Virus record (IMG/VR): IMGVR_UViG_2778261227_000014
Source of the DNA: a virus
Lineage: Duplodnaviria; Heunggongvirae; Uroviricota; Caudoviricetes
Length of the DNA: 35,370 nt
Direction: 5' to 3' (one strand)
A program made the position numbers and the translations under genes. Positions 6,454 through 14,710 of this stretch are shown one piece after another. The notes beneath the pieces are model-generated. The model was not told the origin of the DNA. It saw only the letters and a program-made list of their open reading frames with translations, and did no database searches. How positions within the stretch are numbered: the first letter of the stretch is position 1; every line of letters begins with the position of its first letter.

Positions 6454-9276
6454 ATGACGGCAGAGTACATCAGGGACTGGCAACAACCGCGCCACGCAGT
6501 GGGGTGTGAAGGAACGGGGATCCCCGCTCCTGAATCCGCGCTTTCCTCCTGGCTGGATGCCTACCGGGCTGAGAACGAGCGCCGCCAGGAAATGGCTGAT
6601 GCGGCGTTCTCCGCCACACCGCTGGGCAACCTGATTAATAAAAGCCTGGACGCACAGGAAAAACAGGACAAAACCATCACACTGGCAGGAGACGCCAGAA
6701 AACAGGCACGCGGCGCGGTGGATGAAGCCATGGCCTCGCTGCGCCTGCTGCCGTCCTATCTGCGCGATCCGCTTATTCGCCACCTCTCCTTCCTGCGCAA
6801 AAAACAGGAAGCCGATCGCCGGAAAGGCAAAAAGAGCTGGCAGGCGGAACGCTATGCACGCGGACCCCTGCGCAAAATATTCGAACGTCTGGATAGCACT
6901 GACGGACGCTGGCTGACACCGGGTTATCGCTCCCTTGCCGGACGCGAACGCCTGGACGATTTGCTTTACCTGCCGCAGCTCAACAAACACCAGATACAGA
7001 CGCTGGCCACCATGACGGCGGCGATGTTCAGCAGCACCTTCGAAAAACTCTGCGATGGCTTTGGCGCGACCGATGGCGAGCTGACCATGGATGTAACCCT
7101 GAAGGCGTATCAGATGCTGGCCCGCATGGCGTTACACCTGCACGCCATGCCTCCACATTATGACGCACTGACGACAGACAAAGACCGGAGGAACGAACCG
7201 GACACGGAGCTGCTGCCGGGCGCAATCCTTCGCCTGACCTGTGCGGAATGGTGGAAACGCAAACTGTGGCTGTTACGTTGCGAGTGGAGAGAAGAACAAC
7301 TCCGCGCCGCCTGTCTGGTTTCCAGAAAAACATCACCCTATCTGAGCCAGGACGCGTTAAGCGAGTTTCGCGCACAGCGCGAGAAAACACGCGATTTCCT
7401 GAAAAGTTTCATGCTGGAAAATGAAGACGGGTTCACGATTGATCTCGAGACAGTGTATTACGCGGGAGTAAGTAACCCGGTTCACCGTAAGGCAGAAATG
7501 ATGGCCACCATGAAGGGGCTGGAACTTCTGGCCGAAGCCCGTGGCGACAAAGCGGTGTTTCTGACTGTCACCTGCCCGTCAAAATACCACGCCACAACAG
7601 AGAACGGTCATCCGAATCCCAAATGGAACGGGGCCACCATGCGCGACTCCAGCGATTACCTGGTTAACACGTTTTTTGCAGCGGTCCGCAAGAAACTGAA
7701 CCGCAACGGCCTGCGCTGGTATGGCATCCGCACGGTGGAGCCTCACCATGACGGCACCGTGCACTGGCATATGATGGTCTTTGCTCATCCGGAAGAAATC
7801 GACACCATTGTGTCCCACACCCGCGATATTGCCATTCAGGAAGATCGTCACGAGCTGGGTGATGATATTACCCCACGCTTTAAGGCAGAGTACGTCGACG
7901 GTTCGAAAGGTACGCCGACCAGCTACATCGCCACCTACATCGGAAAGAACCTGGACAGCCGCGCCGTGGGTGGCATTGACCCGAAAACAAGCAAGCCACG
8001 CGTTGATCACGAAACCGGAAAATCAATGGCCGAGAGCGTGGAACGCGCCATCGGCTGGGCGCGCCTTCACCGCGTCCGCCAGTTCCAGTTCTTTGGTATC
8101 CCCTCCCGTCAGGTATGGCGTGAACTCCGCCGCCTTGCCAGTCAGATGGCCCGCAACCCGGAAGGTCCACAACGTCTGGAAAATGACGCAATGGATGCGG
8201 TACTCGCTGCCGCTGATGCCGGGTGTTTTGCCACCTACATTGAGAAACAGGGTGGCGTACTTGTTCCACGCAAGGATTACCTGATTCGCACCGCCTACGA
8301 CCTCGCAGAAGAGCTGAACGATTACGGCGAGCAAAGCGTACAGATTTACGGGATCTGGTCGCCACAAATCGGGGAATCTTCCCGCGTGTGCACGCACCCG
8401 GATAACTGGAAGCTGGTAAGACGTAAACCGGAAGCGGAAGACAGCGCCCGCGAAAATGGTTTTGACCTTCAGGGCGGCCCTGCCGCCCCTTGGACTCGTG
8501 GCAATAACTGTCCCCGTGTACAGGAAACGGACAACAACGGGACAGAACAGCCGGAAGAACGGCCAGCACCGTGGCCGCAGCTCCCTGACGGCGTTGAAGT
8601 GAACGAATGGATGCGCTCACTGAAACGGCACGAACGCCGGGCGCTGATGCGTTCGCTTCGTGACAAACAGGCAAAAAACAGCAGTGATGAAATGCAGAGC
8701 TGGACACAGAGCCGCAAACAGCAGCGGCCTTTGCCTGATAACCACGAATTACTCGCTAAAGAATGGCGGGAGTCTGCTGAATCTCTCGGCCTGCATATCG
8801 GTGAACAGCAGATGCAGCACCTGTTACGGGGCGGCAGTCTGTACGTTGACGGCAGCATCATTGCACCGCAGGGATTTGAAATTGTACGCAAACCGGATAC
8901 CCGACCGGACAGCCGGATCACGCAGCTCTGGCAGCGCCTGAGCCGTAACCACGGCGTAAGCAGCACGGAGATCCGCCATAACCCGGTCGCCAGCTATCTG
9001 GAACAGCTGGGGGCATCAGACCCCGAAGCCGCCGCACGCCTGGCATCCACACTTCAGCAAGACCAGAACACCATGAAAACACCCGTTACCGTGCTTTCTG
9101 ACATGCTGCGCGCCATCCGCGACGCAGAGCACGCACAGAGAATCAGTGAAACCACTGAACGCGCCCGCCGCAAAGCAGACCTGCTGCGGGGTGGCCTGAC
9201 CATTGGAAACAAAAAACAGACAGAAACGGGATTCACAAATCCCGTAAATGAGCAAAAAACGCGCCGCGATATATGA
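6454..9276 (+). CDS. A: Rolling-circle replication initiator, P2 gpA-like endonuclease
   Basis: 940 aa. HUH-type metal motif GTVHWHMMVFAH and paired active-site tyrosines YIATYIGKN (Y-x3-Y), as in P2 A / phiX174 A-type initiators; position after the early genes. Overlapping - strand ORFs (7880-8707 and others) are treated as high-GC artefacts. Confidence 0.85.
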   Translation: MTAEYIRDWQQPRHAVGCEGTGIPAPESALSSWLDAYRAENERRQEMADAAFSATPLGNLINKSLDAQEKQDKTITLAGDARKQARGAVDEAMASLRLLPSYLRDPLIRHLSFLRKKQEADRRKGKKSWQAERYARGPLRKIFERLDSTDGRWLTPGYRSLAGRERLDDLLYLPQLNKHQIQTLATMTAAMFSSTFEKLCDGFGATDGELTMDVTLKAYQMLARMALHLHAMPPHYDALTTDKDRRNEPDTELLPGAILRLTCAEWWKRKLWLLRCEWREEQLRAACLVSRKTSPYLSQDALSEFRAQREKTRDFLKSFMLENEDGFTIDLETVYYAGVSNPVHRKAEMMATMKGLELLAEARGDKAVFLTVTCPSKYHATTENGHPNPKWNGATMRDSSDYLVNTFFAAVRKKLNRNGLRWYGIRTVEPHHDGTVHWHMMVFAHPEEIDTIVSHTRDIAIQEDRHELGDDITPRFKAEYVDGSKGTPTSYIATYIGKNLDSRAVGGIDPKTSKPRVDHETGKSMAESVERAIGWARLHRVRQFQFFGIPSRQVWRELRRLASQMARNPEGPQRLENDAMDAVLAAADAGCFATYIEKQGGVLVPRKDYLIRTAYDLAEELNDYGEQSVQIYGIWSPQIGESSRVCTHPDNWKLVRRKPEAEDSARENGFDLQGGPAAPWTRGNNCPRVQETDNNGTEQPEERPAPWPQLPDGVEVNEWMRSLKRHERRALMRSLRDKQAKNSSDEMQSWTQSRKQQRPLPDNHELLAKEWRESAESLGLHIGEQQMQHLLRGGSLYVDGSIIAPQGFEIVRKPDTRPDSRITQLWQRLSRNHGVSSTEIRHNPVASYLEQLGASDPEAAARLASTLQQDQNTMKTPVTVLSDMLRAIRDAEHAQRISETTERARRKADLLRGGLTIGNKKQTETGFTNPVNEQKTRRDI

Positions 9277-9322
9277 AGCGCGCATAAAACAGGCAAAAAC
9301 GGGATTTCAGAATCCCGTAAAC
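9224..9322. repeat. Two related 8-bp-arm palindromes flanking the A stop codon
   Basis: acgggatt-caca-aatcccgt within 9224-9248 and acgggatt-tcag-aatcccgt within 9297-9322; between them gcgccgcgatatatgaagcgcgc. Confidence 0.5.
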
Positions 9323-9352
9323 GATTAATTAATCAACATAAGGAAAAGCGAC

Positions 9353-10312
9353 ATGAAAATTTGTATCGATGACGGCTCCACCAACATCAAGCTGGCATGG
9401 ACTGAGAACGGCGAACGCCGCAACGCCATCAGCCCGAACAGCTTCAAGTCGGAATGGTCTGCGCCGTTCGGTGGCACGCAGCCCGCGAACTACATGCTTG
9501 ATGGCGTGCGCTATGGTTTTGATCCGGTCAGCGATCGCTTTGTCCAGACGACCGACACGCAATACCAGTACAGCGATGTGAATGTCATTGCCATTCATCA
9601 CGCGCTGGTCAAATCAGGCATCACACCACAGGAAGTGGATGTGGTTGTCACCCTGCCACTGAGCGAATATTTCGACACAAACGCACAGCCGGACATGGCC
9701 AACATCAACCGCAAAAAAGCAAACGTCATGCGTCCGGTGGCGTACCAGAACGGAAAAGCATTCACTATCCGTAACGTACGGGTTATGCCTGAATCCATTC
9801 CGGCTGGTTTTAAAGCACTGGCTGACATGAGTCCGTTTGAATCCCTGCTGATTGTGGATTTAGGCGGAACCACGCTGGATGTGGCAAAGGTTCAGGGACA
9901 ACTGGCGGGTATCAGCCAGGTGTTTTGCGATCCACACGTAGGCGTTTCCCTGATGGCCGATGCCGTACTGTCGGTGATGGCCACTAACGGTATGCGCACC
10001 AGTCACCACATCGCCAATACCATTATCGAACATCGCCATGATGAAGCCTGGCTGCGCCAGCACATCCACAATGACGCGCATTACGCCAGCCTGATGGCGG
10101 TTATTCGTGAAAAGGAAGAAACACTGAAACAACGCGTGATCCGCGCGCTGGCGGTTTTTTCGGGTTACGGGCGGGTGATGGTTGTCGGTGGCGGGGCGGA
10201 GATTGTGGCACCCGCTATCCGCGAAGCCTGCGGAGTTAATGCGACTTTCATCGCGGACGGGGTGCCACAATTTGCTCTGGTTAATGGGCTGTACGCAATG
10301 AACAAGGAGTAA
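9353..10312 (+). CDS. parM: ParM/StbA-like actin-type segregation ATPase
   Basis: 319 aa; N-terminal MKICIDDGSTNIKLAW closely matches plasmid R1 ParM (MLVFIDDGSTNIKLQW, from memory); further shared blocks YSDVNVIAIHHAL, VMPESIPAG, LLIVDLGGTTLD, GVSL, FSGY, VMVVGGGAEI, LVNGLY. AGGA RBS 8 nt upstream. Confidence 0.8.
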   Translation: MKICIDDGSTNIKLAWTENGERRNAISPNSFKSEWSAPFGGTQPANYMLDGVRYGFDPVSDRFVQTTDTQYQYSDVNVIAIHHALVKSGITPQEVDVVVTLPLSEYFDTNAQPDMANINRKKANVMRPVAYQNGKAFTIRNVRVMPESIPAGFKALADMSPFESLLIVDLGGTTLDVAKVQGQLAGISQVFCDPHVGVSLMADAVLSVMATNGMRTSHHIANTIIEHRHDEAWLRQHIHNDAHYASLMAVIREKEETLKQRVIRALAVFSGYGRVMVVGGGAEIVAPAIREACGVNATFIADGVPQFALVNGLYAMNKE

Positions 10313-10316
10313 ACCA

Positions 10317-10628
10317 ATGACGACACCAACCAGAAGAATAAGTTTCTATCTGAAGCCAGCTGCCGTCAAGAACGAAGGAGAAGCATGCGCCTGGCTGGAC
10401 AGCCTTACACCAGAAGCCCGCAAAAGCGGCCAACGCGTGGCTTTTCTGGCCGGGCTGGCACTTCTGAAGACGAATCCGGCAGAGGCTTACCGACTGGCCG
10501 CATGGGCTGATGATGAGATGTTACCTGTGACACAAATCAGCTCAAAAAAGTTTGAAGCACAGTCTGCACCAGTGGCTAAGATAACCAGCCAGATGGCTGG
10601 GAATATCCGGGCGTTATTTCCTGAGTAA
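10317..10628 (+). CDS. parR: ParR/StbB-like DNA-binding adaptor protein
   Basis: 103 aa directly downstream of the parM-like gene; ISFYLKP, AFLAGLALLKTNPAEAY and IRALFPE parallel R1 ParR (IAFKLNP, AALTAGLALYRQDP, LRSLFPKE, from memory); AGGAG RBS. Confidence 0.65.
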   Translation: MTTPTRRISFYLKPAAVKNEGEACAWLDSLTPEARKSGQRVAFLAGLALLKTNPAEAYRLAAWADDEMLPVTQISSKKFEAQSAPVAKITSQMAGNIRALFPE

Positions 10629-10642
10629 AAGCATCTGCGCGA

Positions 10643-10684
10643 AAAATGCTCACGTTTATAGAGAAAATGCTCACGTTTATAGAG
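10643..10684. repeat. Perfect tandem duplication of a 21-bp unit just downstream of the parR-like gene
   Basis: aaaatgctcacgtttatagag at 10643-10663 repeated at 10664-10684. Confidence 0.7.
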
Positions 10685-10777
10685 ACAGTATCATTCCATT
10701 TGGCACACTTACTTCAATAATCGATCTGTTAAACAAATAGATTGTCTATTATCTATCGATTAAAACGATCAATTATC

Positions 10778-10806
10778 TTGACAGTAATGTGCCTTTTTGT
10801 AAGATC
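10778..10806 (+). promoter_or_regulatory. Candidate sigma70 promoter
   Basis: Perfect TTGACA at 10778-10783, 16-17 bp spacer, TAAGAT at 10800-10805; points toward the 11014 gene. Confidence 0.4.
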
Positions 10807-10856
10807 GTTCGCATTGTGAGCGACAAGATAATTGCGCGGCATTGTCCATGCAAAAC

Positions 10857-10882
10857 GCCCCAATAGCAGCAACTATTGGGGC
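10857..10882 (+). other. 10-bp-stem hairpin (possible 5'UTR structure or binding site)
   Basis: gccccaatag-cagcaa-ctattggggc, perfect inverted repeat. Confidence 0.4.
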
Positions 10883-11013
10883 GTAAAACTCGGTCGGACT
10901 CACTTAACCTGATATGCGTGCCTTCCGAAGTAAATCAAAATGTGCGTCGTATATTTTATTGCTTACACGCACCTCTGTAAAGGCACGCATATTTTTCCTA
11001 TGAGGTAAATAAA

Positions 11014-11283
11014 GTGCGGGCTAAAACAGGTATTTGCAAGAACCCTCATCGTTATAATCCAACATTTCTGTCTCTCCCTGAATATCAAGGACAAGAAGGT
11101 CGGCACAAATGCGCTGCCTGTGCTTTTGAGCTAGGCATAAAAGATGCGCTTGAAGGACGCGCTATGGCTCAGAATGATTTAGTTTTAGCTAACATTCCGT
11201 TTAGCCAGGCTGGAACTGTAAGGCACAGAGATGCCTATGAAGCATATGTTCGTGGTTGGCGATTAATACACAGCAACAATTGA
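11014..11283 (+). CDS. Small hypothetical protein with Cys/His cluster
   Basis: 89 aa from GTG at 11014 with GAGG 8 nt upstream; CKNPHRYNP...HKCAACAF; flanked by its own promoter-like region and a downstream terminator. Confidence 0.45.
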   Translation: MRAKTGICKNPHRYNPTFLSLPEYQGQEGRHKCAACAFELGIKDALEGRAMAQNDLVLANIPFSQAGTVRHRDAYEAYVRGWRLIHSNN

Positions 11284-11291
11284 TACTTTTG

Positions 11292-11316
11292 AAGCGCCGA
11301 TAAGGCGCTTTTTTTG
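11292..11316 (+). terminator. Rho-independent terminator
   Basis: agcgcc-gataa-ggcgct hairpin followed by T7 directly after the 11283 stop. Confidence 0.7.
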
Positions 11317-11707
11317 TTTGCACGATAGTGCACAAGTTTGCACAATTTTTTTGAACGACTTTTTGTACTTCCGGCCCGCGTGGTGGCTGGATCCGTCAAG
11401 GATCCGTACGTGCACAAAAAAACGCGTTTTTTCTGCGCGCAGGTGACGGGGGAACAGCCCGCGTTTCAGGGGGTAAATAGCATTCCCTGAACGATGTCGC
11501 AGAGATACAACAGAATGGCTGTATTTCTCACGCTGAGCGTGAAAAAGACGTGAGGGCTTTTGATTTAGGTAAGGCCGTCAAAATCGCACTGAGACGGCGA
11601 GAACATGCAGTCAACGCGGTGGGATTGCGTAAGAGTCTGACTGTCGATGATGGCAATCAGCAGAAAAGCATCGTGAAATTATCTGACTGATACAGGAGCT
11701 GGAGAGT

Positions 11708-11732
11708 CGGGGCATAAATTTTTTATGCCCCG
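11708..11732. other. Hairpin adjacent to the portal gene stop
   Basis: cggggcata-aattttt-tatgccccg at 11708-11732, 27 bp beyond the Q stop; no clean T-run on either side. Confidence 0.35.
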
Positions 11733-11758
11733 GCGAAGCAGCAGACAAGCGAAGCGCG

Positions 11759-12805
11759 TCAGGATGTGGGCTGGGTGTCTAACAGTGCGTAAGGGTTAAA
11801 GCGGATCACCTCTTCGCCAAGCCAGTCATTGATGTGCTTCATGGCCTCCATGACAGGCATCAGCTCGTTAATTGCGTAAACCCGCGCGGCCTTCTCCACA
11901 TCGCCAAACGCACTTTTTTCGCCCGGCATCGCCCCCATCAGTTGCGGCGGAACGCGGTGCGCAGCCAGCACATCATCACGGGATGCCGCCTTAACATTCA
12001 TGAACTCATCCTTTGCGGTGATCTGCTGGAACGGCAAAATTTGCACCCCCTCTTTGCCCCCGTTGGGCGCATGAATGAGCACGTTTTTAAATGCACCACC
12101 ACCACGCGCACCCTGTAGCGTTTCCTTCAGGGAGTCCATGCTTTCGCGGTTTACCTGCGCTGCACCGATGTAGATGATGCACCCGGCGTGGGAGCCGTTG
12201 TCGTAATACAGTTTTCTGAACATGTCCGCCGAATGAGACAGGCTGGCCGAGAGTAATGCGCCGAGATATTCCGGCATGCCGTAGATTTCCTGGTTAATGT
12301 CAGGATTCATCAGGTGGCACACTTTGCCAGGGCGAAACTGAAACGCGTCCTTGCCATCCTGCACATACCACCATGATTCAAGATCGCTTCCGCGTCGCAT
12401 GTATTTCGCCAGGGCGTGCCGTAATTTAAGTGGTTCGCCGAGCATATTGCTTCGAAGCTCAAGGAATGCGTTACCGAACACAAACCAGTCCAGCGCCAGC
12501 GCCGAGAAATCCTGCCGGGAAAGCAGCGGATGCGGAATATAGCAGCCGAGCAATACATTACGCTTAAAGTAAAGCGCAGACTGATGCCAGGACGTTTGCC
12601 GGGCAGCTCTTGCCAGACCGTACCAGTCCACCGGGGTTTCATACCACCGACCGTTATCAGCACAGTACATATTGTCCAGCAGGTCATGCCCGGTCAGGCG
12701 GTAAGGACCATCAAATGTGAATGCACTGAGCGACGATTCTTTCCTGAGCGCATCAGCGAGATCAATGCGTGAACTCATGCGCACTTTTTTATTTTTTCTG
12801 CTCAT
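11759..12805 (-). CDS. Q: Portal protein, P2 gpQ-like
   Basis: 348 aa, ATG at 12805 overlapping the P stop (ATGA); size and position match P2 Q, leftward and adjacent to terminase. Confidence 0.85.
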   Translation of the reverse strand: MSRKNKKVRMSSRIDLADALRKESSLSAFTFDGPYRLTGHDLLDNMYCADNGRWYETPVDWYGLARAARQTSWHQSALYFKRNVLLGCYIPHPLLSRQDFSALALDWFVFGNAFLELRSNMLGEPLKLRHALAKYMRRGSDLESWWYVQDGKDAFQFRPGKVCHLMNPDINQEIYGMPEYLGALLSASLSHSADMFRKLYYDNGSHAGCIIYIGAAQVNRESMDSLKETLQGARGGGAFKNVLIHAPNGGKEGVQILPFQQITAKDEFMNVKAASRDDVLAAHRVPPQLMGAMPGEKSAFGDVEKAARVYAINELMPVMEAMKHINDWLGEEVIRFNPYALLDTQPTS

Positions 12806-14556
12806 CAGAACTCCATAACCGTGAAACGCTCGTTTTCTCCTTCGCCGCCAATTGGTTCGTTAATGACAGCAAGCATGGTTGCCCACGCAAGGTCGCCGTG
12901 GCTGATCCCCCTCGCGCGATCCGTTTCGTAAGTGATAAAGCCGCCCGGTGTTTTCACCTTACGCACGGCGTTAAAGGCCGCGACCAGCTCGCGTTCGGCG
13001 CGATCGTATTCCCACCGCCCGGCACGCATTATTTGCAGCATTTTCAGTACCAGCGACCGTTTTGATGACAGCGTGAAGGTGTACGGAATAGCGGCAGGGA
13101 AAAACCGTTTCACTATCTGATAAACAGCCTCCCCGTTCCCGCCCGTCACATCAATGCCGATGTGTTCCACGTTGTAGCGACACGTGAACTCTTCAATGAC
13201 TCTGGCCTGTTCTTCAAACTCCAGCCCCTGAACGCGTCGCGTCTCCACCGTTCGAAAACGGCCACCAGGAACAGACGGAGGAACCACCACGGACACAGCG
13301 CCGCTGTCGCCGTTGCCACTGCTGCCGTTTGCGTCATACCCAATCCATACCGGACGATTCCCCATCGGGCGGGGAGCAAAAGGTTTCCAGTCTTTCCAGT
13401 CGTCGTATCCGTCAACGCCGCAGCCAATCAGGATATTCAGGTTAAATGCCGATTCCCCTTCGCGGACAAACTCACACATATAGAGATTGAGGAACTCGTC
13501 TTCGGTGTTTTCATCACGAATTTCATCAATATCGGTGTGTTTCCAGCCGTGATTAACCACATCTTCCAGCGTGACAATTTGCCGCCACGTCCGGTCGGGG
13601 CAGATAAGCCCGTTATGCAGCGTTTTCCAGTCCACAGAAAAACGCTGGCGTTTATGCGCGGCCTTTTTCTCGTTCCAGCGGTCGCCGTTCCAGTAGACGT
13701 ATGCCTCGTGCGTTTCGGTTGATGGCGTGGAGAAGTAGGTGCGTCGCAGCCCGCTGAGGGTTGCCATAGCGCCAGCCACCTTGCGCAGTTCAGCAAAGCG
13801 ACTGACCCAGAAAAATTCATCAAAATAAAAATTGCCTGTGTAGGACTGTGCCGTCGCAGCAGAAGTACCGAGAAAATGCAGCTCTGCGCCGTTGGAGAGG
13901 ATGATTTTATCGCCCCCTTTCAGCTCCACATCAACTTCAGCCGCGGCCTTCTGAATAATGCTTTTAAACTGGAACGCCTGACGACGCGACGCAGACAAAA
14001 AAATCTGGTTACGCTGGTAAGGTTGCGCCACATCGTCACGCAGCGCCATCAGCAGAGCTTCCTGTGCAAAATACCAGGTCGCCCCAATCTGTCGGGATTT
14101 CAGGATCATCCTGTTACGTATCCCGGCTTCCCTGCAAAGGGTCAGGGAGTCAAACCAGCCCCGCTGATGCCACTCCAGCCTGCTGATGATTTTTTCCCGC
14201 AGTGCGGCAATCTGCTCCGGCGTGAAATGATTTTTGAGTTTTTTCGCCCGGCCTTTCTTTCCTGCGGCCGTCGCATCCGGCTGGCCATCATGCAGTTTTT
14301 TAAGCTGCCGGGTCAGCAGGTCTATTTCCTTAAAGTCACCGCCTGTTTTATTCTGTTTTTCAGTAAGCTGGATGAGGCGCGCATCGATGGACTGCGTGAC
14401 ACGCTGCACGGGTGGCGTTTCATCCCACTGGTCGCGTTTTTTCCACGCATAAATCGTGTTCGGGTTTATTCCCATCAGACGTGATATTTCTGCGGGCGGA
14501 TAACCCTGCCAGTAAAGTTGTCGCGCACGCTTGCGCACAAAAGCGTCCTGAATCAT
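12805..14556 (-). CDS. P: Terminase large (ATPase) subunit, P2 gpP-like
   Basis: 583 aa; GGGGGA RBS before ATG at 14556; N-terminal HTH-like region (YWQGYPPAEISRLMGINPNTIYAWKKR) and size match P2 P. Internal + ORFs 13162-13722 and 13876-14484 judged spurious. Confidence 0.9.
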   Translation of the reverse strand: MIQDAFVRKRARQLYWQGYPPAEISRLMGINPNTIYAWKKRDQWDETPPVQRVTQSIDARLIQLTEKQNKTGGDFKEIDLLTRQLKKLHDGQPDATAAGKKGRAKKLKNHFTPEQIAALREKIISRLEWHQRGWFDSLTLCREAGIRNRMILKSRQIGATWYFAQEALLMALRDDVAQPYQRNQIFLSASRRQAFQFKSIIQKAAAEVDVELKGGDKIILSNGAELHFLGTSAATAQSYTGNFYFDEFFWVSRFAELRKVAGAMATLSGLRRTYFSTPSTETHEAYVYWNGDRWNEKKAAHKRQRFSVDWKTLHNGLICPDRTWRQIVTLEDVVNHGWKHTDIDEIRDENTEDEFLNLYMCEFVREGESAFNLNILIGCGVDGYDDWKDWKPFAPRPMGNRPVWIGYDANGSSGNGDSGAVSVVVPPSVPGGRFRTVETRRVQGLEFEEQARVIEEFTCRYNVEHIGIDVTGGNGEAVYQIVKRFFPAAIPYTFTLSSKRSLVLKMLQIMRAGRWEYDRAERELVAAFNAVRKVKTPGGFITYETDRARGISHGDLAWATMLAVINEPIGGEGENERFTVMEF

Positions 14557-14710
14557 TGCTCCCCCTGAGTAATTACAGGAAGATTACCCGCGCGCGAAAC
14601 CGTTCTCCTTAACCCCCTGTTCTGACTGTTTTCTTACAACAAAAGCCCTTTGTATCAGCCTGTTACGCTTTGCCATCATGACTGAAGAACCAGTCAGAGG
14701 GGCAAAAACT
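14557..14710. promoter_or_regulatory. Divergent late promoter region (P operon leftward, O operon rightward)
   Basis: 154-bp intergenic region between divergent P and O starts; by analogy with Ogr-activated P2 late promoters. No motif confidently mapped. Confidence 0.4.

Noticed and set aside
5917-6990. 357-aa - strand ORF overlapping the 6082-6447 gene and the start of gene A
   Set aside because: Antisense to two well-supported + strand genes with RBSs; composition typical of the reverse frame of GC-rich coding DNA.
7028-9285. Multiple 90-275-aa ORFs on both strands inside gene A (e.g. 7880-8707, 8469-8966, 7579-8010)
   Set aside because: All lie within the continuous 940-aa gpA reading frame, which has recognisable catalytic motifs; they are Arg/Cys/Ser-rich, typical of off-frame translation of GC-rich sequence.
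13162-14484. + strand ORFs (186 aa and 202 aa) inside the terminase P gene
   Set aside because: Antisense to the clearly supported 583-aa terminase ORF; no RBS.
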